From assembly GCF_009914755.1 (NCBI RefSeq), contig NC_060932.1: a stretch of DNA of 64,000 nt. One strand, written 5' to 3'. Shown here one piece after another: positions 29,481-58,249 of the stretch. Numbering within the stretch: the stretch's first letter is position 1; each line of letters opens with the position of its first letter. Origin of the DNA: the human T2T-CHM13v2.0 reference genome, Homo sapiens. The notes under the pieces were generated by a model. That model was not told where the DNA came from and did not search any database. It saw only the letters and a list, made by a program, of their open reading frames with translations. The position numbers and the translations under genes were made by a program.

Positions 29481-32400
29481 CAATGCCTAGGCTGTACCCT
29501 AGATTATTAGATGGGAATTTCTGGGTTGGTAGGGGCCTAGGCATTAGCTAGAAAAGTTTCCCAGGTATTTGCAAGGCACAACCCCGAGGTTGGGAACCCT
29601 GGAATTAGAGAACAGAGCAGTATAGGCGTCCACGGGGGAGGGGCCAGGTCGTGTGTCTGGAGCCTGCAGTGCGGGGAGTTCTCCAGCAGCATCTGACTGC
29701 TCCACATGGGATCTTAAGTCAACAGCTTCCTTGCCCCTTGGAGGTAAAGGATGTGGGCGTGGGCTCGGAAGTCCCCGGGAAGTGGGTGGGGTGCAGGCAG
29801 GGGCAGGAGTGGGTGCGGCGCTGGCAGGCGGCCTAGGAGAAGAGGGCGAGGAAATTTGTTCTAACAAGATGAAGCCGAGAAATGAGGCTAGCGTAAGAGT
29901 CACCAGGCACTCTGACCCAATCAAGATATATTAAGCATCTGGGTGTACAGCGATCCAGAAGATAACAGCGATGATATATCTGTCAAGAAAAAAAAAAAGG
30001 AAAAACATTCATTAATAAATCAATAAAAGAGTTAATATAAGCACAAGACACCACTGAGATGCTAATAATAGAGGGTGAACTTTTCTGGGGGCAATGAGGG
30101 GCAGAAATGACAATAAATTATGGGATGTTGAAAGAAAAACAGGGGAGTCATGATGAGATTGGGTTTGAAATTTATCCCGGGGCTGAGTAGGACAGGAAAA
30201 GTGGTGAGGGGTCGAAGAGCAGCCTTAGCCAGCCCATATCTGGGACAGGTCTGGAGTAGAGGAACTGCACATTTGTTCTTTATTTGGGTGACAGAAGAAA
30301 CAAGCAGGTCGTATAAGCTTGGAAAAGTAGGTGCAGGGGAAACCCTCGACTGTCTTTTCAGTACTTAAGAGGTTACTTGTGTGCTTTAGGCAGCAGCAGC
30401 GAGCTGTGGCAAGCTATGCGAGGCGTGTGGGAAGGTGAGTGGGTAAATGTGCGTGCATTGGTTTCAAGTCAGCCGTCACCACACAGCGACACTGCTGTGT
30501 GGGGCTCTGGGGAGTTGCAGGGCTTCTGAGGGAGAAGGGAGACACATTCATAAACAGTGCGGGTGATAGACATGCACCCCAGGTGCTTCCAGAGTCCACA
30601 ACCAGCCTGCAGGAGGAGAGGCAGTTGGACTCAAAGGGCCTTCCAGAATGGGCTAAGGTGTGGAGGTGAGCAGCACCTGGGAGTGAGAGTGGACTGAGGC
30701 AGAGAGACGTCGGGTAATGGGCCCTTGATGGTGCAGCCTGCCTGCAAGAGTTCAGATGAGTGGACACTGGGAAACACCAGCCTCCTATTATCTTCATGGC
30801 TTCTCTGAGCAGAATCCTAGGCTGTCACTCTTCTTTCTGGTCAGAAGCCCTGGGTGGACCTCAAGAAAGAAATTTGGAGCATTATTAGAAATCTCATCAG
30901 TACAAAAGATGAGAGTGAGTAGTGGGGGATGCACCGGTGACGCAGTGAAAGAAGCCAGAGGCCCTGCTGGTTGGAAAGGGTCCTGCTTTGACTTGATGTG
31001 GGGGAAACTCAGAGGACTGACCATAATCCTGAAAGCTGGGAAAGGATTTCTAAAGGGTCTCTTTTGGCAAAGGCTAGGAATGGACAGTTTATGATAGAAC
31101 ATGTGTCATGGGCTAATAAACATGAAAAAGTGGTTTAATCTTATTCTCAATTTCTTTGATCTTAGGGCCAAAGAGATGCATATGAAAACATTTCTTACCT
31201 TACAAATTGAAAGTTTTTTTTTTTTTTTAAAAGAATGCCTTCATATGGGGGTATAAATTATACATTTCTGGAAAACAAATATGTTTCAGGAATTAGAAAG
31301 GGATATATCCTCTGACCCAATTCCACCTTTATCTTTACCAAATACCCAGGTATTGTCTGTGGCCTTTCAGGAAGGGAAACTGGGTCACTGAGAGTCAGGG
31401 ATGGGAAAGAGACTTTCCACTCCACTGAATCATGTGAAGTAGTACCTTTTTAGGAAACAAGTATATTAATCAAAATAAATTGATCTTTAATTCCTAAGAA
31501 GTATGTGCCGATGGAGTACTCTACAGCCATCTTTATAAAATCATGTTTTTCAAGGGTATGAAGTACACTTCACAGAATATGAGTTTAAAAAACACAGTAC
31601 AAGACTAAATATATTTGCTATGATTCTAATTTCTATGAAAATTTTATGTACATGCATTAGAAACACTGGAAGAGAGTTCATCAACATCTTAACACTTTTT
31701 GTAATATAGTAGTGGAATGTTGGTTGAATTTATTTCTTTGTATCTTTTTGTATTTTCCAAATTTTCCATTATGTGTATATCTTTATCTCATAATAAAAAT
31801 GTTTCTGTGGCCACACATACACAGATGCTTCCATTCCAGATAGCACAGTGAGCATACGCATTCATATCCTATTTTCTTCCAAAATTCCATTGAAATAAAA
31901 GAGAAAATATAAAAATGCAAATAAACACATTAGTGCTAGAAAAAAGAAAGGAGCTACCAGTGAGGGTTGACTTCATTAAGCAGATGGATCCTATTTCCAG
32001 AAACCAGAGCAAAAGATACTTTAAGCTATGACACACGGAAGGTACTGCAAAAATGAGTCATTCTTCCCAACAGAAAGCCTGAGTAACCACAATTCAGTAA
32101 ACAAACGCAGAGTGTAAATAGGACACGGGACACTCAGATGGAATAAGAGTGTTAATATAAAAAACAACACTCTGAAGGTATTGAAATACAATATTGAAAA
32201 ATTGTTTTGAAATTTGGGACTAGGCAAGGAAATATCATAAGCAAAGTAAGATGATAAACAACAGACTAGGAGAAAATAGTTTTGCATAAAGAGTTGACCA
32301 TTGATAATTTGTCATAATATATAGCATTTCTATAAACTGATTGAAATAAGACAGTGGGAAAAATTGATAAAGAAATTTATAGGCAAATAAATATAAATTA

Positions 32401-32519
32401 CTGAAAATGCCTAAAAAGATGCGAAATTTCACTCATATTCAGGAAAAGGAAATTGGAAAAGGAATAACCTTTTTTTCATTCATTAATATCCACATATTAA
32501 AAAGTCAGATAAGAATTTA

Positions 32520-32831
<312 letters not shown>

Positions 32832-32990
32832 GAATTCAGGATTGGCAAGGGTGTGGGAACACAGACATTCTCAAACAATGTGGGGATATTTGTCTTTGAG
32901 TCTTTTATGGACAGTAATTGGGCAGTAGCTATCATAACTTTTGACTGCTATTTCACATTTAGGAATCTATCACATAAGAATATTGACACT

Positions 32991-33258
32991 TCCAGCACTC
33001 TGGGAGGCCGAAGTGGGTGGATAATGAGGTCAGGAGATCGAGACCATCCTGGCTAACATGGTGAAACTCCATCTCTACTAAAAATACAAAAAATTAGCTG
33101 GGTGTGGTGGCACGCACCTGTAGTCTCAGCTACTCAAGAGGCTGAGGCAGGAGAATCGCTTGAACCTGGTAGGCAGAGGTTGCATTGAGCCGAGATCACG
33201 CACTCCAGCCTGGGTGACAGAGTGAGACTCTGTCTCAAAAAAAAAAAAAAAAAAAAAA
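32991..33258 (+). mobile_element. Alu, 5' truncated
   Basis: Starts at CCAGCACTCTGGGAGGCCGA; poly(A) tail. Confidence 0.9.
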
Positions 33259-35499
33259 TTGACCCATGTTTATTGAAGATTGTGATAGTAAAAAATGAGA
33301 AGCTACTTGAATGCACAGCTATTCCATTAATCACGATATAGTCATGTAATAGAATTCTCTGAAGCTGAAAAAAAGGATGAAGTTAGAAATATATTTAGTG
33401 GCAGGGAGAAATCTCCAGGCTGTGGTCAGTGAAAAAAAAGTACAGAATTATTCCACTGAAATTAAATTGATGATTACTGTGCATTGTGCATGCACATGTG
33501 TGTTCACATGTGTGTAAAACAGATGGAAATGCACAGAAGAATGGATCTGGAAGGCTACACACCAAACCGTTGGCAGTAGTTACCTCGGGAGGGGCACAGA
33601 ATTGAGTAAGGGGCAAGGAGAGTCGCCTCCATTATGATATATATTTCTGTATTGTTTGACTTTTTATAAATGGCGTGCAATATTTTGTTATATTAAAAAC
33701 AGAAAAAGATGAAAAAAATGCCTACTTTTAAAAGACTCGTTTAAAGAACATGTTGTCTTTGGGGATTACTTGGTAAAACAGTAGAGTAAGTACAGTCAGC
33801 AGATGATACTTTCACAAATATATATGTTTAACCAAAATGCATTATTTGGCAGAAGGAGATTGTGAAATCCTCAGAGAAGTACATGATTAGTGTAAAGGTA
33901 GACTTATTTGTTCAATGACAGGAAGAGAGCAGTGTTAGGCTGGAACAGAAGTAGTAAACGAACATGTGAAAGAGTAGGATGAATAATACATACTGATAAT
34001 AAATCCAAGAGTTGAAGGAGAAAGGGGACACGTGCCCTGTCACTTTGTTGGGGAAAGTAACTATATACCAAAGAAATGCAAAAGTTTCAGAAAGCCAAGA
34101 CTCAAGGAAGACAGTGATAGGACTGGGCACATGACTGGATTTCCCTGTTTACTACATTTTTCAGAAAAACTGGGCATGAAGCCCGACACTCCTCATTTCA
34201 TCTCTTGCCGAAAAGACAAAAGGATGTGTTGTTTTATGTTTGTTCTAGCTCTTCTATTTATCCCATGGTCATTATCACCTCTAACAAATTTTTTTTCCCC
34301 TGAATAATCATAGAATGAGCTACCGCTCATTTATGTAGATTTGACCTGGCTTGTTGTGCCAAGGTTACTTACAGCCAGAGACTTATGGGCCCAGATACAT
34401 TTTCTCCTATTTTCATTTTCATTCTGCTTTTCTCATCAGGAATTTCTCTTCCTTTCTGACTCTCTCTGTGATCAGTGGAAATACTATTTGTGAAGGGCAT
34501 TTTTTGCTTATACAGTTATAGAAAAAAAACTTTTGATGGATATATGATTAGGATGAGGAGTATGACAGGCATGCTCTCTCCCTTACTCTGTTTTACTGAA
34601 GTATAATTTATATGCTATAATGTACCCATTTTAAGTGTATAGTCTGTGTTGTAGTAAATTTACAGGGTTGTGCAGTTGTGCATTACTTCATTCCAGTTTC
34701 AGAATGCTTCCATCACACCTGGGAATATTTTAAACAAAATATTTGACTTAGATTTATTGGAGAGTGAAAGTAGCCCCACTCATGGGCCCCATGGCCCCAA
34801 CCCATGTGGTAACAAACTTGTGGTTAGGTGTTCTCCAAGGATTCCCACCTCTCATTTTTATTTTTTTATTTAGATCTAAAGACGATAAGTAAGTTTCTCC
34901 ATTGTTTTCTCTAGAACCCTCCTTCCTGCCCTCACTCACCACCATTTTTCAGGTCAAGCCTCTGACAGTACAACCTTTCTGGGATTCTGGAGTCATGTGG
35001 TTTTCCAGTCCATCCTCTTGGTTTCATGTTTTTGTCTGTTCTCCCCATCACATGAGCATCTGGGATAATGAATATACCCCCTGTCACTACCTCCTGACAA
35101 TGAGGAGGTGTGTCCTATATGGATGGCAATCTGGCATTAGCTGATAATGCCTTAACTTTCGGGATTATTAGTTTCTTATTATCTAGGGTACATATCTTAC
35201 TTCTTTCCCCAACAGTTCATTGATTACTTTAGAGGATTAAACAAAAATTTTTATGCATAATTTTTAGATCTATACTGAAACACTTTCTCTGAACATCTAG
35301 TAATTCCTACAGCCAGAAATGGCTGTCATCATAGTCATCTTTGTAAACATTTTCTTTGAGTTTTTGTTTTATTTTTTATAGAGACAGTTCTTATTCTGCA
35401 AAACTTTTTCACCTAGCTGGAAACTATGAAAAAAAATTAGCAGAGGGCCTATCCAGTTACCAAATACAATAAAGCTATGGTTAGAAATTAGTTCTGAGT

Positions 35500-35990
35500 T
35501 GAAAGAGGCTTTAGTAGTTTAGGGTACACTTCATTTGAATGACTTGTACAAAGTGCTAATTTTGGCATTATTTGTAATGGCCCAAAACTGGACTGAATAA
35601 CCAAATAACTTGTTGTATATTTCCACAATGGAATACTATACAGCAATGAAAAGGGATGGACTACTACTACATACAATTTGTAGATGACTCTCACAAACAT
35701 AATACTGAGCAAAAAAAAAAAAATGACACACCTAAGTACATACTATGTGATTGTACTTACATAAAGTTCAAAAACAGCAATACTAATCCATGTGATAAAG
35801 TCAGAACAATGGTTACCTTTGAGGAGTCGTGACCAAGAGAGGGTAAATGGGAAGTTTCTGAGGTGGCATCCATGTTCTACATCTTGACCTGGGCAGTGGT
35901 TACACAGTTATGTTCACTATCTAAAAACGTATCTAGCTGTATACACTTCTATGCATTTTTTTAATGTATGTTCTATTTCAATAAAAGTTC
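35500..35990 (+). mobile_element. Old L1M 3' end fragment
   Basis: CACAATGGAATACTATACAGCAATGAAAAGG through a terminal AATAAAA. Confidence 0.7.
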
Positions 35991-36720
35991 CTGTATTCCA
36001 AGTCCTTCCACCCTCCTGACTGTGAACTAAAGAAAAAATTAGGCTTTCAAACAGTTAAAGTTCATTTTGTTCAGTCTTACTGAGGATTGCAACCTGGGAG
36101 TGTTTTACAGAGGGTTTCTACGTGGCTCCAAACCAGTGTTTCAGTCCACAGCTTGTATATCAGGTGGTGGAGATTCTGCGTGTGCTATTAACTTACATTA
36201 CAGCAAAATTTCATCAAAGTTTGGGTTCAAGAGTAGATCTGGTTATAGATTTCAGAGGTGTAACCATCAATCCTGTCAGATATTATGTACAGAAAGAGTC
36301 AAAGGCTAGGACCATTGAACTTATCTTTTTTTTTTTTCCTTGAGCTAATATATTCATTTTCTTTCTTTTTTTTCCCTTAAGTTATCGGGGTACAGGTGGT
36401 ATTTGGTTGCTTGAGTGTTTTTTAGTGGTGATTTGTGAGATTTTGGTGCACCCATTACCTGAGCATTATACACTCGACCATATTTGTAGTCTTTTATCCC
36501 TCACCCCTGTCCCACTCTTCCTCCCAAGTCCCCAAAGTCTATTGTATCATTCTAATGCCTTTGCGTCCTCATAGCTTGGGTCCCACATATCAGTGAGAAC
36601 ATACAATATTTGGTTTTCCATTCCTGAGTTACTTCACTTAGAATAATAGTCTCGAATCTCATTGAGGTCACTGGAAATGCTGTTAATTCATTCCTTTTTA
36701 TGGCTGTGTAGAATTCCATT

Positions 36721-37088
36721 ATATATGTAAATATAAATATATAAAAATATATAAAATATAAATATATAAATATATACATATATAAATATATAAATATATA
36801 TAAATATATATAAATATATAAATATATATAAATATATAAAAATATATAAATATATATAAATATATAATATATATATAAATATATATATAAATATATATAA
36901 ATATATATATAAATATATATAAATATATATATAAATATATATATAAATATATATATAAATATATATAAATATATATATAAATATATATATAAATATATAT
37001 ATAAATATATATATAAATATATATATAAATATATATATAAATATATATATAAATATATATATAAATATATATATAAATATATATATAT
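36721..37088. repeat. Long AT-rich (TA)n/ATATAA repeat inside the L1PB 3' region
   Basis: About 370 nt almost exclusively A/T. Confidence 0.95.
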
Positions 37089-38477
37089 CACAGTTTCTTT
37101 ATCCACTCATTGATTGATGGCCATTTGGGTTGGTTCCACAATTTTGCAATTGTGAATTGTGCTGCTATAAACATGCACGTAAAAGTATCTTTTTCGAATA
37201 ATGAGTTCTTTTTCTCTGGGCAGATACCCAGTAGTGGGATTTCTGGATCAAATGGTAGTTCTACTTTTAGTTCTTTAAGGAATCTTGACACTCTTTTCCA
37301 TAGTGATTGTACTAGTTTACATTGTACTAGTTTACATTCCCATGAGCAGTGCAGAAGTGTTCCATGTTCACTGCATCCACGCCAACATCTACTGTTTTTT
37401 GATTTTTTGATTACGGCCATTCTTGCAGGAATGTGGTGGTATCACATTGTGGTTTTGATTTGCATTTCTCTGATCATTAGTGATGTTGGCCATTTTTTTC
37501 ATATGTTTGTTGGCCATTTGTACGTCTTCTTTTGAAAATTGTCTATTCATGCCCTTAGCCTACTTTTTGATGGAATTGTTTGTTTTTTTTCTTACTCATT
37601 TGTTTGAGTTCATTGTAGATTCTGGATATTAGTCCTTTGTCAAGTGTATAGGTTGTGAAGATTTTCTCCCATTCTGTGGGTTGTCTGTTTACTCTGCTGA
37701 CTGTTCCTTTTGCAGTGCAAAAGCTCTTTAGTTTTATTAGGTCCCAGTTATTTACCTTTGTTTTTACTGCATTTGCTTTTGGGTTCTTGGTCATGAAATC
37801 CTTGCCTAAGCCAATGTCTAGAAAGGGTTTTCCAATGTTATCTTCTAGAATTTTTATAGTTTCAGGTCTTAGGTTTAAGTTCTTAATCCATCTTGAGTTG
37901 ATTTTTATGTAAGCTGAGAGATAAGGATCCAGTTTCACTCTTCTACATGTGGCTAGCCAATTATCCCAGCATCATTTGTTGAAAAGGGTGTCCTTTCCCC
38001 ACTTTATGTTTTTGTTTGCTTTGTCAAAGACCAGTTGGCTGTTAAGTATTTGGGTTTATTTCTGGGATCTCTATTCTGTTCCATTGGTCTATGTGCCTAT
38101 TTTTATATCAGTACCATGCTGTTTTGGTGACTATAGCCTTATAGTATAGTTTGAAATCAGGTAGAGTGATGCCTCCAGATTTGTTCTTTTCACTTAGTGT
38201 TGCTTTGTTTATTCAGGCTCTTTTTTGGTTCCATATGAATTTTAGACTTGTTTTTTCTAATTCTGTGAAAAATGATGGTAGTATTTTGATGGGGATTGCA
38301 TTGAATTTGTAGATGGCTTTTGGCAGTATGGTCATTTTCACAATATTGATTCTACTCATCCATGAGCATGGGATGTTTTTCCATTTCTTTGTGTCATCTA
38401 TGATTTCTTTCAGCAGTGTTTTGTAGTTTTCCTTGTAGAGGTCTTTTGTCTCCTTGGTTAGGTATATTCCTAAGTAT

Positions 38478-38512
<35 letters not shown>

Positions 38513-38890
38513 TTTTGCAGCTATTGTAAAATGGGTTGAGTTCTTGATCTGATTCTCCACTTGGTTGCTGTTGGTGTATAGAAGAGCTACTGATTTGTGT
38601 GTATTAATCTTGTATCCAGAAACTTTGCTGAATTCTTTTATCAGTTCTAGGAGCTTTCTGGAGGAATCCTTAGGGTTTTTCAAGGTAAACGATCATGTCG
38701 TCAGCGATTCTTTTTATGTGGTGTATCACATTCATTGACTTGCTTATGTTAAACCATTGCTGCATCCCTGGTATGAGACCAGTTGATCATGGTGGATTAT
38801 CTTTTTGATATGTCATTGGATTAAGTTAGCTAGTATTTTGTTAAGGACTTTAGTATCTATGTTTATCAAGGATATCGGTCTGTAGTTTTA

Positions 38891-39061
<171 letters not shown>

Positions 39062-41284
39062 CTATTTTTTGTTGGTAATTTCTTAATTACCATTTCAATT
39101 TTGCTGCTTGTTATTGGTCTGTTCTGGGTATCTAATTCTTCCTGATTTAAGCTAGGATGGTTGTAATTTTCCAAGAATTTATCCATCTCTTCTAGGTTTT
39201 CTAGTTTATGTGCATAAAGATGTTCATAATAACCTTGACTGATCTTTTGTATTTCAGTGGTGTCAGTTGTAATATCTCCTGTTTCATTTGTTAGTGAGGT
39301 TATTTGGATTTTCTCTCTTTTTTCTTGGTTAATCTTGGTAATGGTCTATCAATTTTATTTATCTTTTCAAAGAACCAGCTTTTTGATTCATATATCTTTT
39401 GTATTTTTTTTCTGTTTCAATTTACCTTAGTTCTGCTCTGATCTTGGTTATTTCCTTTCTTCTGCTGGGCTTGGGTTTGGCTTGTTCTTGTTTCTCTAGT
39501 TCCTTGAGGTGTGACCTTAGATTGTCTGTTCATGCTCTTTCAGACTGTTTGATGTAGGTGTTTAGGGCTATGAGCTTTCCTCTTAGAACTGCCTTTGCTG
39601 TATTCCAGAGGTTTTGATAGATTGTGTCATTATTGTCATTCAGTTCAAAGAATTTTTCAGTTTCCATCTTGATTTTGTTTTTGACAATGACCCAATGCTC
39701 ATTCACAAGCAGGTTATTTAATTTCCATGTTTTTACATGGTTTTGAAGGTTACTTTTAGAGTTGATTTCCAGTTTTATTCCACTGTGGTCTGAGAGAGTG
39801 CTTGATATAATTTCAATTTTCTTAAATTTATTGAGGCTAATTTAATGGCCTATCATATGGTCTATTTTGGAGAGAAAGTTCCACGCACTGTTGAATAGAA
39901 TGTGTATTCTGTGGTTGTTGGGGAAAATGTTCTGTATGTATCTATTAAGTCAATTTGTTCCAAGGTTGGTTTAAATTCATTGTTTCTTTGCTGACTTTCT
40001 GTCTTGATGTCCTGTCTAGTGCTGTCAATGGAGTATTGAAGTCCACCACTGTTCCCGTGTTGCTGTGTATCTCATTTCTTAGGTCTATTAGTAATTATTT
40101 TACACATTTGGGAGCTCCAGTGTTAAGTGCATATATGTTTAGGATTGTGATATTTTACCCTTTACCATTATATAATGTGCCTCTTTGTCTCTTTTAACTG
40201 CTGTTGCATTAAAGTTTGTTTTGTCTGTTATAAGAATAGCTACCCCTGCTCGATTTTGGTGTCCATTTACATGAAATGCCTTTTTCTACCTCTTTACTTT
40301 AAGTTTATATGAGTCCTTATGTGTTAGGTGAGTTTCCTGAAGGCAGCAGATAGTTGGTTGATGACTTCTTATTCATTCTATGGTTCTGTATCTTTTAAGT
40401 GGAGCATTTAGGTCATTTACATTCAATGTTAGTGTTGAAATGTGAGGTACTATTGCATTCATCATGCTACTTGTTGCCTGTGTACTTAGACTATTTTTTT
40501 TGTTTTTCTTTTTTTGCTTTTTAACTTGTATTTTGTTTTATAGGTCCTGTGTGATTTATGCTTTAAAGAGGTTCTGTTTTGATGTGTTTCCAGGATTTGT
40601 TTCAAGATTTAGAGCTCCTTTTAGCAGTTCTTGTAGTGGTGGCTTGTCTGAAAACAACAATGTCTTTCCTTCATATTTGATGCTTAGTTTCACTGGATAC
40701 AAAATCCTTGGGTGATAATTGTTTTGTTTGAGGAAACTGAAGATAGGTCCCCAATCCCTTCTAGCTTGTAGGGTTTCTGCTGAGAAGTCTGCTGTTCATC
40801 TGATAGATTTTCCTTTATAGGTTACCTGGTGCTTCTGTCTCATAGCTTTTAAGATTCTTTCCTTTGTCTTAACTTTGGATAACCTGATTATAATGTGCCT
40901 AGGTGAAGATCTTTTTGCAATGAATTTCCCATGTGTTCTTTGTGCTTCTTGTATTTGCATGTCTAGGTCTCTCTGGCAAGGCTGGGGAAGTTTTCCTCGA
41001 TTATTCCCCCAAATATGTTTTCCAAGCTTTCAGAATTCTCTTCTTCCTCAGGAACACCAATTATTCTTAGGTTTGGTCATTTAACATAATCCCAGACTTC
41101 TTGGAAGCTTTGTTCACATTTTCTTATTCTGTTTTCTTTGTCTTTGTTGGATTGGGTTAATTCAAAGACTTTGTCTTTGAGCTCTGAATTTCTTTCTTCT
41201 ACTTGTTCAATTCTGTTGCTGAGACTTTCCAGAGCATTTCGCATTTCTAAAAGTGTGTCCAAAGTTTCCTGAATTTTTGACTGT

Positions 41285-41705
<421 letters not shown>

Positions 41706-42197
41706 TAATAACTAACCTCCTGAATTCTTTTTCAGGTAAATCAAGGATTTCATCTTGGTTTGGATCCATTGCTGGTGAACTAGTGTGATTTTTTGGGGGG
41801 GGTGTTTAAGAGTCTTGTTTTGTCATATTACCAGGGTTGGTTTTCTGGTTCCTTCTCATATGGGTAGGGTTTGTCAGAGGGAAGATCTAGGGCTGAAGGC
41901 TGTTGCTCAGATTCTTTTGTCCCACGGGGTGTTCCCTTGATGTAGTACTCTCCCCCTTTTCCTATGGAAGTGGCTTCCTGTGAGCTGAACTGCAGTGCTT
42001 GTTGTCTCTCTTCTGGGTCTAGCCACTCAGCGAATCTACCCTTCTCCAGGCTGGTACTGGAGGTTGTCTGCCAGAGTCCTGTGGTGTGAACCATCTATGG
42101 ATCTTTCAGCTGTGGATACCAGCACCTGTTCTGGTGGTGGTGGGGGAAGGTGCAATGGACTCTGTGAGGGTCCTTAGCTTTGGTGTTTAATGCTCTA

Positions 42198-42498
<301 letters not shown>

Positions 42499-42997
42499 CT
42501 AATGCTCTATTTTTGTGCTGGTTGGCCTACTGCCAGAAGGTAGCATTTTCCAGAAAGCATCCTCTGCAGTAGTATGGAAAGGGACTGAGATTATATGCCC
42601 TTTGTCTTCTGATACCAGGGTGGATAGAGAAGGACCATCAGGTGGGGGCGGGGCTAGGCATGTCTGAACTCAGGCTCTCCTTGGGTGGGTCTTGCTGTGG
42701 CTGCTGTGGGGGATGGGGGGAGTTGTGTACCTAGGAGGATTATGGCTGCCCCTGGAGTCATGCAGGTTGTCAGGGAAGTGGGGGAAAGCTGGCAGTCACA
42801 GGCCTCACCCAGTTCCCATGCAAACCAAAGGACCCGACTCACTCCCACAGTGCCCCCACCAACGTCCCCAAGTCTGTTTCCAGGCAGAGGGGGAGACCAC
42901 TTTGAAAACTTGCTGGAGGTATCTGCCTCCCAGCTGTGAAAGAAGAGCTTTAGTTCTTCCCCCCTCCTGTGAAGTCTGCACCCTGGAGTTCTGGCTA

Positions 42998-48113
<5,116 letters not shown>

Positions 48114-48634
48114 CTGGCATTGTGAGGAATAAATTATGACAAAAAAATATTCTTAGCTAACACTTACTGAGTACTTGTAAGGCATCAGAAAATTTCTAAG
48201 TTTTTACACGTATTAATCAATTAGTTTTATTGCAGATGAGGCACCTGAAGCCCAGAGAAGTTAACCTGCCCAGACTTACCATTAGCAATTAGCACCAGGA
48301 TTGTATTCTAAACAAGGCCACAATTTCAATCATGAGGATCTCCTGCCTGTTTTCATGGGTAATAACATATTGAGCCCTACAATTTATTGAGCACTTACTA
48401 TGCTTGAGTCACTGTGCTAAGAGATTTACATGGATTGTTGTAAAGTCATTTCTACAGCAATTGAGTTGTGGCATGTTATTATTTGCATTTTACAGATAAG
48501 AAAGCTAGGGCTTAGCAACCTCAGTAATAGTTATCTAGTTGGTAAATTGGGATTCTGAATTTGAATAAGGGAGTTTGACTCCACCATATGGCCTTTCTTA
48601 TGGAAGTTCCAGCACAGTATGTGACACATAGGGA

Positions 48635-50498
<1,864 letters not shown>

Positions 50499-50714
50499 CT
50501 CTTCCTGTTCCAGCTTTGCACAGCTATTCTCTCAACTCTTAGGTCCTTTGTCACTGAATGACTTGAAGCTGACTGTGACCAGAGCCCCCTGAGAAACCCC
50601 GTCTCCTGCTTCAGACCCTGGGGTGCTTGCTAGAGGCATCTTTTCTTCATTTTGAGAAGAATTGTGTATAGTCTATGATTTACTTTCCTCATCATTTTCT
50701 TTGATTTGCCTCCA

Positions 50715-50835
50715 GTGTGTGTGTATATATATATGTGTGTGTGTGTATATATAGTATATATGTATATCTATATATATGTGTATATATGTGTGTGTGTGTA
50801 TATATATGTACACACACACACACACACACATATAT
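50715..50835. repeat. Compound (TG)/(TA)/(CA) microsatellite
   Basis: Alternating purine-pyrimidine runs. Confidence 0.9.
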
Positions 50836-51369
50836 TTTTTTTGCCTCTATGTGATCCAAGTATGGGGGGCTTTTATGGGCCAAACTACTTTTATCCTGGC
50901 TGCACTTGAAGGCCATACTTAGCACTTTATATCAATAGCATCACTCAAAACAGATTTATCTCCACAGGGCACTAACTGAAAAATTTTGAGAATAGATGAG
51001 AAAGATAATCCATATCCCATAACACACAACAGAAACACAATGAAATTCCCGTGTTAGGGTTTGTCCTTCCCCTGAAAGTTTATCTTTTATCTAGCTAGTG
51101 TATCACTATCTTTTTAATCCACACAGTCTCTCAAGAACCCTTCTAATGTCCTAAACAATTCATATTTATCCTTAAGGTTGTACACTTGAGTAAATCAAAG
51201 GGCAAAAGCGAGCCAAGGATTGCCTGCTGTTCTCATTCCTGCTTCTTGGATCAGAGAGGGCTCATTCTCTTTTCTGAGAAGTTTCTCAAATTCCTCCTAG
51301 AAAAAGAATGTTTCGCCCTAGGTACAATTCTTGTAAGAGAAGATATTCTTTACAATGAAAACATTTCAT

Positions 51370-52455
<1,086 letters not shown>

Positions 52456-52619
52456 TGTCTGGTTCAGTGTTTTTTTTAATCTATCTATAATCTATCTATC
52501 TATCTGTATATATATGTATATATGACATTATAGATATAAGTATAGAGGTATATATAGTATATATATTTTATAAATATATAAAATGTTATTTATAAATATT
52601 TTCTTTATAGTAGTAGTAT

Positions 52620-58205
<5,586 letters not shown>

Positions 58206-58249
58206 TGCTCAGTTGCTGCTGGTTTTTATTATCTTCTTTATGTGTTGTC

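Noticed and set aside
28657-29934. Overlapping ORFs up to 207 aa in the CpG island
   Set aside because: Expected from stop-codon scarcity in GC-rich DNA; no recognisable domains.
36552-37106. 184-aa (IYLY)n ORF
   Set aside because: Translation of the AT repeat fused to L1 ORF2 C-terminal sequence.
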